DNA of 64,000 bases from Schizochytrium sp. TIO01 (taxonomy: Eukaryota; Protista; Bigyra: Labyrinthulomycetes), in assembly GCA_004764695.1 (NCBI GenBank), contig SMSO01000014.1, forward strand, positions 4,660,845 through 4,724,844, written 5' to 3'. Position numbers and translations under genes: made by a program. Each line of letters opens with the position of its first letter. The first letter of the stretch is position 1. The notes beneath the pieces are model-generated. The model saw only the letters and a list, made by a program, of their open reading frames with translations, was not told the DNA's origin and did not search any database. Shown here piece by piece: positions 10,605-22,495 of this stretch.

Positions 10605-12401
10605 ATGGCGCCCAAGCACGACAGCAAGACCGAGTCCGGGTCACGATGGAGCATCGAGGAAGGTGAGTTTGCCTTCGTGGCTTTGCGAGGCCCCTCGCGG
10701 CAGCTGGCCGCCGCGAGGTTTGCCTCGCTCGATCATTCGTTCACTCATTCGTTCATTCATTCGCTCGCGCGTTCATTTTCCACGCATTCTTCATCCCGCC
10801 ATCCCCCATCCCGTACTCCAGCCAGCCAGCCCTCGCTCCCGCGAGCCTCGCCAGCCTCGAGCCGGAGGCAGCAGCCGCCTGCAACGAGGCAGCCGGAGGA
10901 GGCAGACACCGCCGTGGCGCCCTCGCGGCTCCACGAGCTGGCGAGCGCCTTACGGAAGGCAGAACTGCGTTGGAGCATCTCTGTCTCTTTCCTTTCCTCT
11001 TTCTCTCATTCCTCTTATTTCTCTTCTTTATTTCTCTTTTCTCCTGTTCTTTCTGTGGGTCGAAAGGTCCAGGAAGGCCTATGCGCCGCATAGAGCAAAC
11101 TCTAGGGGTGGAGGAAAGGAGTGTACCTAGCGCAGGGCTTAGAGAGACGCATACGTGGGAACGGTAAGAAGAATGGGCGCACGACCATTTTGGCTGTCCG
11201 TAAGGCAGCGCAAGAGTGCGAGATGTGTATTCGTTTGGTAGCCAGCTAGCTAGCTAGCTAGCTTGCCAAGAAGGCGAATGCGCGCGTTCCAGGCGGCTGG
11301 CCTGGCTGGCTGGCGTGCAGCAGAGAGCGGGATATTTATTTATTTGACAATTTGCTAGCGAGCTTGATTAATGGATTGGCGGATTGCCGAGCTAAGTTTG
11401 CCAGCAAGGGCTGTGTTTTTTGCTACTACTTCTGCTGTGTTGCCTGCCGCTGGCATGGAATTTTTGCTTTCTTTGGCCGGCTCGTGTGTGGGATGAGCCT
11501 GGTCTGGGAGCGGTGTTTAGGAAGGGACGATAAGATGAAGATCAGTATGACATAGAAATGGCAATCGGTTTTCTGTAAGAATGGTTAGAAGGGTAATGGA
11601 AAGTGATGAACGAATGAACGAATGAATTAATGAATGAGGGAAGCTGAGGGAGGGAGAGGACGAGGATGGAGAACTGACACAGAACGAATATTCTATGAAC
11701 TTGCTTGCTTTGTTCGTGCTACTTACAATCCGCTAACTATATCAATCAATATCTGGTTGGTTGTTTGCATTGATGATAATTCATTCCTGACCCGGGGACC
11801 GATCATTTGGCTACTGTTATTGGTGACTCTGGCGTTTGGCGGCTTGACTGGAAAACTATAACTGCAATTGTGGAATTGGTGGCATCGGCGAAACTTGTGG
11901 CGTCATCGCTGGTGGGTCTTTGTCTGCATTTGATTGCACGGCACAGTCAAGAACCTCTTTATGAGGCCCTTCAGCCGTAGCTCGGCTGACCGCGAGCGGT
12001 CAGGGCACTCGTCAGGCCTAAGCTTCTCTGGTCTGAGGTGGTCCCTCGACGAGGTCCGCAGCGCCTTTTCGAGGTCCAAGTCAAATGGTAAAAAGAAACG
12101 CGCCAAAAACCTGTCGGATGGCGAGCGCAAGAAGCGCCGTGACGACCGCCTGAAAGCCCGCAAGGAAAAGAAATCTAAACGTGAAAAGGAACGCCGCAAC
12201 CAGGTGAATGGCCTCATCGACACACTTGGTGAAAAGGTGGGCGTTGACCAGAACGACCGCAAGGGCAACAGGCTAACTGTGCTCTCAGCGGCCGTGACAA
12301 AACTCAAAGACCAGAAGGGAATAGAGCGAGGCCTCGACGATGATTTTGATGACGATTATGATGATTACGACTCCGAGGACAGCATGACTCGGAAGTTGTA
12401 A
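10605..12401 (+). CDS. bHLH transcription factor, two exons: join(10605..10662,11947..12401), 170 aa
   Basis: The bHLH signature is KKSKREKERRNQVNGLIDTL...NRLTVLSAAVTKLK, followed by an acidic tail. Exon 1 (MAPKHDSKTESGSRWSIEE+G) ends at GTGAGT and joins in frame at CACAG|TC. The join creates RWSIEEVKNLF, which mirrors the downstream RWSLDEVRSAF. Confidence 0.85.
10663..11946 (+). other. Spliceosomal intron (1284 nt, GT-AG, phase 1) of the bHLH gene
   Basis: GTGAGT donor, CACAG acceptor and a frame-preserving join. Confidence 0.75.
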
Positions 12402-15400
12402 ACTTGACACACACGCATGCATGAACACGGATAGGATGGTAGGCGCCACGCCAAGTCGCCCGACTCTCGTTGATGGAATCCCTGGTAGAGGGCACTTTTC
12501 TTTGCCTTCCCTTCTCTCTCCTTCCTCTCCCTCCAGAGCCCGTCCGCTTTCTTCTTTTCAAGAAACAATCAGGGTAGCATGCTGAGTCACACCATAGTTC
12601 GTGCTGTACTGCACTTTTCTATGGAGGCACAGAGGTTCGCGAAAATTGGCAAAAAAGGCATTTGTTCGATATTTTTACGCCTTAGTTAGGGGCTGAGAGC
12701 ATATACGCGCATATCTCTCAATCAATACTGACTGCCATTTTCACTTACCTTAATAAACTCGGCCCTTACACATATTCTTTCACAATCCGGAGCTTTCTAT
12801 AAGGGGGGGAGGGGCTTTTTCTTCTTCAGCCTCGGATCTAAGCTAGCCCAATGCGCAACTGTATTGTTTCTCTCAACAATGTTATATTATCGCATCCTCA
12901 ACATGACGCTGCACGAGCAACGCACCTCTGGCAAATGTCTGCAGAATCTCACGCTCAACTCTTCTGGTAACCCTGACATATTCTCAGTAGAGATGAGAAG
13001 TGAAGAAGAAAAATGCAAGAGCCTGCACTCGCAAGCATACTTTCCTTATATATAACTCTTCCTGTTGCGGCAACTTTATAAGCAGCAGAAAAGAGCCGGG
13101 AAATTGTGTTTTTATGTTTGCTATCAGTGTAAAACGGTTCGCCCTTCTGCTTAACCCAAATTGATCGTCCTCACGTGTCCCTCCTGTTCCTCGACCACCA
13201 AAGATGAAAACCAAACAAGATATTATGAAATAAGCCAAAATTCCTCAGTTCTTCGAGCCTTAACAAAAAAACAAGATCTTAATTTGCAGTTCAAACAAAT
13301 CTATACTATATCAGGGTCTTGATGGCCTGATTTCTCTTTGACAGTAAACAGCTGTTTTTTTAATTGTCGCCAAACATAAATGTTCTTTTTGCTTGCTTCT
13401 TTTTGTATTACGGCTAATTACTACGAGACAGGATCTTTTGTTATTACATCTTGCTCGCTCAAGGTTTGGCCAATAAATAACTAGCTTTAATCTTTGCTCT
13501 AACCAAAGTATAGGTGTTCGATTGGACTAGTGTTTTTCCCGCTGGGGCTGAAATACTACCTGTACCATGTTAGATGGTGTATTGCAGAATGAGCCAAAAA
13601 CACAAAAATATGGAATTTCATTAGAAGAAAGTTCTGTCATCTCTTATAGATAGGTTTTCTATAAGTTCAGGTCAACAAAACCGAATTTCATGATGGATGA
13701 GAAATAACGAATAACCCCAAGTCCCTAATGTACAAAACGTGCTTCAACACATCTCCCCCTGGAACCTAATTCAAGGACGGCAGATGCACTTTATCTGCAA
13801 TTGTGTTCAGCTCTTTAAGAATGCTTTAGTCAGCCATTGCGTCAAATGATACAAATAAACTCCAGAAGAGGATCTATCGTTATTGTGTATGGATTGAATC
13901 AAATCAAGTTAATTGGCTTGTCACATTACTTCTCACCTTCCGTTTTCATTTCAGTCTATCGCCTAAGAGTTGTGGGTTTGAGCGTTGAGGAGTCTAGCTC
14001 CATCCTCTAAATATTACTGCTGAGATTTTCAATTGAAAGGAACTAGTAGACAAGACACTGCTAGAGTTCTTGGTGTCCCTTTGTGAAACCCTTACTGACT
14101 TAATTACAATAGAGCAAGAGCAGGCAGCCAGATCTGTGTGGCTGCCAGAGCCAAGAGTTCAAAGTGTGACTACACATATGTTAGACCAAGTATGGTGTAA
14201 TATTAATCGCGATGGTTGAAGAGGTTGCAACCTAACCCCACCGATTATCTCTAACATCTTTCAAGAATGAATGTCTTAACCTCCTTAACTACTACATGGA
14301 TTCATCTGTCATGGAATTCATTCTCCAGGACAGCAGTTCGCTAACTTTGAAATCAACCTTCTTAAAGCCTTCATCAAGACTCTTGCCTTCATCTTTATAG
14401 TCAACTTCAAGCTGGCCAAAAGCATCTTTCAGCAGTTACATTGCGCAAACTCATGTACAATGTGCTAAAACCAGGTTTAAAAGCTTGAAGAAAGAAGCAG
14501 GTACAAGTAAATGAAGCCGTCTGATCGTCCCGAAATCAAAGGATTGATAGAAGTAGCCATTGACCAGTGAGAAAACGTTGGCGGTCATTTTTAGTAATGT
14601 CTAATCAATAGATACACAAGAAAACAAAGTAACTTCGTGATGTCCTTGCTTTAAATATCTAACAACCAGCTTTGCAGTTCCTGTGTAGAGCTACTAAGAC
14701 TATCACCAGCAATAAAGGCAGGGTATTACGTTCGCTATAGAGATTTTAAAAAAGGTATTTTAAAAAAAGAAAAAAGTATTTTAATGGAGGTGTTTGTCGT
14801 GCTTCTAGTTTGCAATCAAAAGGAAACACGAACAAAGCGCTTGTACAAGGCTGTTTTGCACTATTGTGCGAGCTATGTTCGTAACTTGCAAAGCTCTAGC
14901 AAGACCTTGAGCAGTTTTTGCTAATTCGTAGACTGACGGAACATCTCCAACTATCTGAAGCTGAACAATAACACAATTACTTTGAAGATAAGGTTTAACA
15001 AATCAACGCATAAGCCTTCCCCTAAAGCGCATGGTGAACCATGTTTTGGCAGCGACAATAATGATGGCGAAATTGCATGTTTCGCTGTGCCGTCCTTCCA
15101 CTTCCTCCCTTCCTGACTGAGATTAAACTTCTTGAAAAGGAGGGCCTAGTAGTTTATAGTGGGTAAAATTGGAGCCTTCATAGGTCACACCTTTGACGAT
15201 CTCCGTTATTTATTTCAAGTGTTAACATGACATCTGAAAATCTTTTCGAAGGATGTCAAAGTCTCAGGGAAGTCCCTTGCGGATTCTCGCAAAGAACCAA
15301 ATAAGCAGGAGTTCTGGCTCGCCCTTGCAACTCATATAAGATCGTCATGAACATGGAACGTGCTTCTCACGGATTTTGCCTTCCTTAAAGTTCAAATCTC

Positions 15401-18400
15401 CATCTTTGTCTAACAAGCATTCAATATATTGACCTAACAAAATCCAAAGGCATCTGTGTGTAAAATGGTCATCCAGGATGGCCCAACCATATGATTGTTT
15501 TTTTTATTACTTTCCGACCATGAATCTATTTCGTAGAGTGCGAAACAAAGCAGTAAAAAAACATGCCTAATACTTTGGTGTTTGTTCATCCGAGTATGTC
15601 TGTAGAAATGACGAAAATCCATCTATTTCTTGCTAGCGAAAGTCTGAGCAGGTATCTGAAGCGAAGGAGCTTCTTAAGCCTCTCATAGTAACTATCACTT
15701 TTGTATTATTCTAAGAACGGCCTTGCCCTCTGTTGCGACCACGAGCCATACTGCCTTCTTTATAACAACGGGTTATCTGCAGAGGTACCGAGTGAGGAAC
15801 GAGTTTCAAAAGAATTATCAAGAGTGTGGGTCTTGGAGCAGTCTTGTCCAACGGAGCCTATGGCAATGCACTTCCTAGATGTACGGAATGGCAGACAACA
15901 CTTTTAATACCAGCCATGGTGACTACAGCTCTTTGATTATGGATTTTCCCAACCTAAGACAGCGTCTAAATTCGGCGTTACCCCGGAGTCTTCGTGCGAA
16001 CCCCTCCTCTGGGATTAGGGCATAATTTCTATTCCAAAGCAGAGTCCAGATAGAAATAGAAGATCTGAAAACACAAAGGATGAGCGGGTTCTCGTCATTC
16101 AAAGATATAAGACTTTCTTTTCGAGCACAGTATGTGACGTGCATGTATGAAACTTTGTCCCTGGCGAGCATCGCAGACAGACCTGGGAACAAGTTGAGGT
16201 TCTGGGGTTCAACTGTGTGCTCGCCTACGTGCTGCATAAATACGTTGGATCCTGTATTCTTGTTTTGTATCAGTTCTGGTAGGGACGAAGCTAGCATGCG
16301 AGAGGATTCTTGGCCTTTAGACTGACAAGACATCATCCTGAGTTCAATAGCAAACGTGCGCCACCAAAACCAACTACTATAATTTATAATGAGAAGCAAT
16401 CAGTTCTTGAATCCCATGCTTGTGGCGTGCATCGCTAAAACGAGTTCATACAAATAGATTGGTACATATGGAGAACTAGTTATAAGAAACAAGAAATTTT
16501 CCAAATTCACCCTTAAGGAGCTTCAGTGGCTATGTAGATTTCGCAAGCCAGAGCTAAAAACTCTCCAGAGAAATACTCAAGGACATAAGCACGTGATTTT
16601 TTAAAATTTCAAGGAATTCGAGCGCTTACCATATCATCACCGCATACAGGAGGAAGCCCTTCAAGAAGCAAACAGTGAGTAAGTAAAGGCTGCTTTATAT
16701 TCTCAAAAAGAATGAGTAGGAACTACCATCGGCACTGCAATGGAGCAAGAGATTGAAGACTGCCACACCACTAGTTGGGATTTTGCACCTGTTCGAGCGA
16801 GTGGTGTCCCCTCTCTTCTCTTCTTTGAGGGGTTTAAAGGAGGGCCAAGTACGTTAGGCAATTTTTGAAATGCCCCTTTTCTGACATTTCTTCTGCTCTG
16901 TAACCCCTGGACCTCTTCATCATAAGCTGTTTGATAGACTTGAAAATCGATGGGACCATTTGGTGCTTTGGAGTAGCGAAGCTACAAGGAAGCTAGATTA
17001 GCCCAATCTCAACCTCGCCGTGCACAAATAAATTCGAGCGTAATTGTTGGCGATATGATTGCATGAGCGAGATCTTTGTAACTCTATATAGCAGAACCCC
17101 GTGGCTCCCCCACCCTTTATGGTATATAATTGCTAAACAAAAAAAAGGCTCGTTAAGTGTTCTGTCCTCATCGATCATTATTTAGACAGTCAACTCTTCC
17201 TTTTAGTATAATAAGGTTTCCAATCGCATTATGGCAAAAATTGCTGCATTTCTTCTTTGAAGCTTTTTGCAACTATGTAGGACCCTTGTCTTCAGCTTTG
17301 TTAATCAAAGGAACAGAAGTATCATAGTTCGGTACCATTGCGACTGTGAGGACTTTTCTCAATACAAATTTGATTACTGAATGATCTACTAGAAACATGA
17401 AGGTCATTTGTGCAAACTCGACTCTCTAAAGAGGGGGTACATGAAATTCAGAAAATCTTTTTACGTTTGCATGTTGAACGTCGGTGCTTCTCCGTAAGCC
17501 CAGGCTGAAATCCTAAATCGCTTTAAAATCAATTCTCTAAATACAATTTTGATCCTTCAGTAGGTTGTCGCGCACTGCATTTGGAAGGGGGTTCAAGTCA
17601 TTTTAGAACTGTTGGGTGCATATCTGGCTATTTCGATCTATGCATTCGAACTCCTATTCAAATTTATAACAAATTCAATTCAAAAATTGAAAAAATAAAA
17701 ATATTCAAATTTACCCTTCTTAGAAAATAATGGTTCAGAAAATTAGCAAATCCTTTCAAAGTTTCAAGCACCTACTTTGTCCCTCCTCAGTTGTGTTGAA
17801 AAAGTAATGAGCATTTTAGGAAACATTTCTTAGGCTTGCTGATGATCAGCAAGCAAGATTTACAAACATGTGCTTTCGTCGCTCATTTGAAACGCACTTG
17901 ACAAGCGGGTATTCATTCACACAAGCAAACGGATATTGCTTAGAGCAAGGTACTACTACACCCCATATTAACGAAGTCTGCTTCAGATACGCAGAAAACT
18001 TGAATAGTTGAAAAAGACAATAATTTTTTTAAAGTAAAAAATAAAAGAATTTGCGATAAAGATAAAAATGATAAATTCTGGATAAAAAATGAAAGAAGAA
18101 AGGTTTTTCTCGCAAAATGTTGACATGGACGGAGAGGGTCCCCTGTGCACCACAATCTGGTGCGGATCCATGCGCGACGTACATAATTGAATGTCTTGAC
18201 CGTGGTCGAGGCTGAAATCAGCGCGCACGGGAGAGATAAGTAAAAAGAGAGGTATGAAAATAAGAGACCGTTCCATCTTAGGCTGGGCCCCACAGGAGTA
18301 TGTATATCAAATCTCGTGAGACTGAGCCAAAGGAAGAGCAGTTCAGATCTTAGGACAAGACAGGCAGGCAGGCATTGCCAATTCAAGATGAACACTCGAT

Positions 18401-18461
18401 CAGCTGTAATCACTGCGCAGACCTACCGACGCTAAACCCGAACTGGGCCACCCCCGTGCAT

Positions 18462-20429
18462 TTACTTGCGCATGGCAGTGACCTTCTCGATGAGGTAGTC
18501 CACAACCGAGGGGTCGGCGAGGGTGGACACGTCGCCGAGCTGGTCGTGCTCGAGGGAGATGAGCTTGCGGAGAACACGGCGCATGAGCTTGCCAGAGCGG
18601 GTCTTGGGGAGGGCCGGGGAGACGATGATGTAGTCCGGGGAGGCGAAGGGTCCAATGACGGCGCGGATCTGGTTCTTGAGGGCCTTGAGGAGGTCCTCGT
18701 CCTCCTCGAAGCCGATCTTGAGGATGACGTAGCAGGCAATACCCTCACCCTTGACCTCGTGGGGGAAGCCAACACAGGCGGCCTCGGCGACGGCGTCGTA
18801 GGCGACGAGAGCGGACTCGATCTCGGCAGAGCCAATGCGGTGACCGGAGACGTTGAGCACATCGTCGACACGGCCGGTGACGAAGAAGAAGCCCTCCTTG
18901 TCACGGGTGACACCATCACCGGTGAAGTAGTAGCCGGGGTAGGGCTTGAGGTAGGTGTTCATGTAGCGCTCGTGGTTGTTGAACACGGTGCGGGTCATGG
19001 ACGGCCAGGGGCTCTTGACACAGAGCACACCGGAGGACTCCTCGCCCTCGACGAAGGGGATGACCTTTCCGGACTGGGGGTCGAGGACCTCGAGGTCGAT
19101 ACCGAAGAACGGAAGAGTGGCGGAACCGGGCTTGAGCGGGGTGGCACCGGGGAGGGGGGTAACAATGATACCACCGGTCTCGGTCTGCCAGTAGGTGTCG
19201 ATGATGGCACAGCGCTCCTTACCGACGTTCTTGAAGTACCAGGTCCAGGCGGCAGGGTTGATGGGCTCACCGACGGTACCGAGGACACGGAGGCAGGAGA
19301 GGTCGTACTTGTCGACGTACTCAGTGCCGTGGCGCATGAGGGCGCGGATGGCGGTGGGGGCAGTGTAGAACTGGGTCACGTGGTGGGTCTCACACATATC
19401 CCAGTAGCGGCCAGCATCCGGGTAGAGCGGGGTGGACTCGAACATGAGGGTGGTGGTACCGTTGGCGAGGGGGCCGTACACGATGTAGGTGTGGCCGGTA
19501 ATCCAACCGACATCAGCGACACAGGAGTAGACATCGCCGGGGCGAAGATCGAAGATGATCTTGCAGGTCTGCATGGCGTAGAGAATGTAGCCAGCAGTGG
19601 AGTGCATGAGACCCTTGGGCTTGCCGGTGGATCCAGAGGTGTACAGGTAGAAGAGAGCATCCTCAGCGTCCATGACCTCAGGGGGGCAGTACGGGCGCTG
19701 GCCCTCGAGCTCGGGCTCGATCCAGATGTCGCGGTCCTCGTCCATGGCGACCTCGTTGCCGGTGCGCTTGAAGACGAAGGTCTTCTCGACGAACTTGCAG
19801 CCATCGATGGCGGCATCAACGGTCTTCTTGAGAGGGATGATGCGGCCACCACGGAGACCCTCGTCGGCGGTGACAACCCACTTACAGCGGAGATCGTCGA
19901 TACGGGCACGGAGAGCGTCGGCGGAGAAGCCGGCAAAGACAACGGAGTGGGGGGCACCGATACGGGCACAGGCGAGCATGGTGAAGGCGGTCTCGGGGAT
20001 CATGGGCATGTACAGAGTCACGGGGTCGCCCTTCTTGATGCCGAACTTCTTGAGAACGTTGGCAATCTGGCAGACCTTGTGGAGCACCTCAAGGTAGGTG
20101 TACTCGACGGCCTGGCCAGGCTCGTCCTTCTCCCAGATGATGGCAATGTCATCACCGCGGCCGGCCTCGACCCAGCGGTCAAGGCACTGCTCGGACACGT
20201 TGAGCTTGCCACCAACGAACCAGGCAAGATCACCGTTGGTCAAGTTACCGATGCGAACAGCGTCGAACTCGCGCATCCACTGGAGCTCGGTCTTGGCAAG
20301 ACGGCCCCAGAAACCGGTCGGGTCACGAACGGAGTCATCGTGGAGCTTCTTGTACTTGTTGAGGCCGGCAACGTGGGCACCCTTGGAGGAGTGCGTACGC
20401 ACCTCGTGCACAACACCGTCCTGGGCCAT
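18462..20429 (-). CDS. acs: Acetyl-CoA synthetase (AMP-forming), 655 aa
   Basis: Motifs YTSGSTGKPKG, DVGWITGH, GTVGEPI, DTYWQTETG, TGRVDDV and LPKTRSGK. Very strong C/G third-position bias typical of a highly expressed gene. Confidence 0.97.
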   Translation of the reverse strand: MAQDGVVHEVRTHSSKGAHVAGLNKYKKLHDDSVRDPTGFWGRLAKTELQWMREFDAVRIGNLTNGDLAWFVGGKLNVSEQCLDRWVEAGRGDDIAIIWEKDEPGQAVEYTYLEVLHKVCQIANVLKKFGIKKGDPVTLYMPMIPETAFTMLACARIGAPHSVVFAGFSADALRARIDDLRCKWVVTADEGLRGGRIIPLKKTVDAAIDGCKFVEKTFVFKRTGNEVAMDEDRDIWIEPELEGQRPYCPPEVMDAEDALFYLYTSGSTGKPKGLMHSTAGYILYAMQTCKIIFDLRPGDVYSCVADVGWITGHTYIVYGPLANGTTTLMFESTPLYPDAGRYWDMCETHHVTQFYTAPTAIRALMRHGTEYVDKYDLSCLRVLGTVGEPINPAAWTWYFKNVGKERCAIIDTYWQTETGGIIVTPLPGATPLKPGSATLPFFGIDLEVLDPQSGKVIPFVEGEESSGVLCVKSPWPSMTRTVFNNHERYMNTYLKPYPGYYFTGDGVTRDKEGFFFVTGRVDDVLNVSGHRIGSAEIESALVAYDAVAEAACVGFPHEVKGEGIACYVILKIGFEEDEDLLKALKNQIRAVIGPFASPDYIIVSPALPKTRSGKLMRRVLRKLISLEHDQLGDVSTLADPSVVDYLIEKVTAMRK

Positions 20430-20489
20430 TGTGTTCTTAAGTTAAAAACTTGACTTGAAAATCTAGTACAAGTTGATCTTTTTGCTTTG

Positions 20490-20940
20490 CTGTTGGGGGA
20501 TTACGGTTCATTCGGGTGACTCAAATGTCAGTTGTTCTGTTCATCTTCAAGAAAGATAGCAAGCATGCAACATCGCCATTGTCATATATCGAGCAGCTGA
20601 GGAGTCCCCAAGTCGATATTCTAGACATATGTAGAGAGAAGTTTGCAGCACCTACCGCTGCACGCCAAGCGTGAAGACGCTGGCAGAGAGCAGCAAGTGC
20701 TTCGACTTCTCCTGTTCTAGCCCCTTCAAGAGCAGGGAGATGTTCCCATTCCTCTGCCCAGTATGACAGATGTGTGGAATCATGGAACAAGATGATCGAT
20801 TATACATACGGCTGTTGCTGCTGCTTCTCATATCATGCAAGAGCAGTATATATGCATCAAGCAGGCAGCAGCAGCAGCAGCAGCACGGCAGGCCGACTGT
20901 CTTGGCTGATCATCTTCGTTGGGCTTTCTTGTTGACGTAC
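20490..20940 (-). other. Putative 5'-UTR intron of acs
   Basis: Minus-strand donor AG|GTACGT at 20940. CTGAC branch-like site about 40 nt before the acceptor CCAACAG (20490). Alternative acceptor TACTAG at 20463. Confidence 0.45.
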
Positions 20941-22459
20941 CTAGTTGAGGCGAGCGGTGTTTGGGGTTTGCTTTTCCTCGGTCGCCTTCGAGGTTTCGAG
21001 TTTGCTGGCAATGGGAGCGAGGCAAGCCAAAGCCTTGTCTGCGGCTCTGCGCCTTTTACTATCTTCATGCCTAGCCTCCACTTAGCTCTCTCTAGCAGTC
21101 CCATCCCTCCAGCTTTCTCACTCTTCCTCCCTCTCTTTCCCACTGCCTCTGAGTGGCCCAGTGGAGGCCCACCTTTCGTTCTCTCTTCTTCCCCTTAATT
21201 TCGCCCCTCTATCCGCTTTCTTTTTCCAAGCTTTCTTCCACAGAGTCAGACTCTTTCAATTTCTTTTGACGTCAGTTCCCACTTTCCTTTTCTTTCTTTC
21301 TTTCTTTCTTTCTTTTGCTGTGTCTTTTGAAAACCCACTATTCTTTTGAAGTTCTTCTATCCTTTCAAGGCAATTTTTCTTTCATCCGGTCCTTTTTTTA
21401 ATACTTCTTTATTTCTTCTTCTTTCTAATTTTTTAATTAATTTAAACACATGAAAAGTTGTTTCGCGCAATCAAGACCAGAGCTCCTTTGTGTTAGTTTT
21501 TTAAATGCTTTTCGAAACCTAGTTCGTCAGTTTGTTTGTTAGTTTCCTGCTCAAAATCTCTCGATCAGTTAGTTAAATATTTAATCAGATCGAATCAGTT
21601 TTTCTTTCTCCGTTCTCTCTGTTTGGCCCCTCGAAATCGCTGTGCATACGACGACATCATCATCTTAATTCCTGGCCGAGAGTGAGCGTCGCTGTCTCTC
21701 TCGGCAGGCAGCCAGGCAACGCTTAAGCCTGCTCGGCCAAAGGAAGCCAGGTCCAGGAAGAGACGCTCCGCGGCTCGAGGGCGCCCCCCTTTTCGAGGCA
21801 CGCAAACGCTCCAAGCAGAGCGGCTGGAAAGGCACACAGAGAGAGATCTTCTCCTTCTTTTTCCTCTTCTTCTTCTTTCTTCTTCTTCTCCAAGGGCCAA
21901 TAATTTTTATATCTCATCAATTTTAAAACAATAACTTTCTTCTTTATTTAAAACAAAAGTGTACTGATGATTCTTGGGATTAAAAAACAATTTTTTTTTT
22001 TAATCATCGCATTTTTAATGTTTTAGGAAACTTTTCATAAAAAGAAACTATCTTTCAATCAAACTGTCGGTTTTAAATTTTAAATTTGTTTTTTTCATGA
22101 AGATAAAATTAAATGCATTTTTTTAAGTTGGCAAAAGTATATGCAATCAATCGATCGCAAAGAAAAGCACGACGAGCTTGAATATATGTACATTTATATC
22201 ACATCACATCACATCACATCACATCACATCACATGCATGTAAGGGCGCCTTGCTCGGCCTCTTTTGCTCTTCTCCTCCCCTTCTCCTGCTTTCAGCCTCC
22301 TTTCCCACTCATTTTCGATCATTCTTTGCGACCGCGATTTTCTTCTTTCCTTCTGCAGATCGCGGGAACATGGGGAACCCGTACATGTGGTCGCGGTCTC
22401 TGGTTGCCGAGCATTCATTGGTTTGTCTGCGGTCGATCTCCTGCGGCAGGCAGATCGGA

Positions 22460-22495
22460 GAGCGCAGCTACCTCGACGTCGAGGTAGCTGCGCTC
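22460..22495. repeat. Perfect 36-bp palindrome GAGCGCAGCTACCTCGACGTCGAGGTAGCTGCGCTC
   Basis: The two 18-nt halves are exact reverse complements with no spacer. Confidence 0.97.

Noticed and set aside
15225-15280. LFEGCQSLREVP, BspA-like leucine-rich repeat
   Set aside because: Only one unit, in a short frame.
18375-20453. 692-aa ORF antisense to acs (and shorter overlapping ORFs)
   Set aside because: Shadow ORF produced by the extreme codon bias of acs; it shares the codon register and has no recognisable domain.
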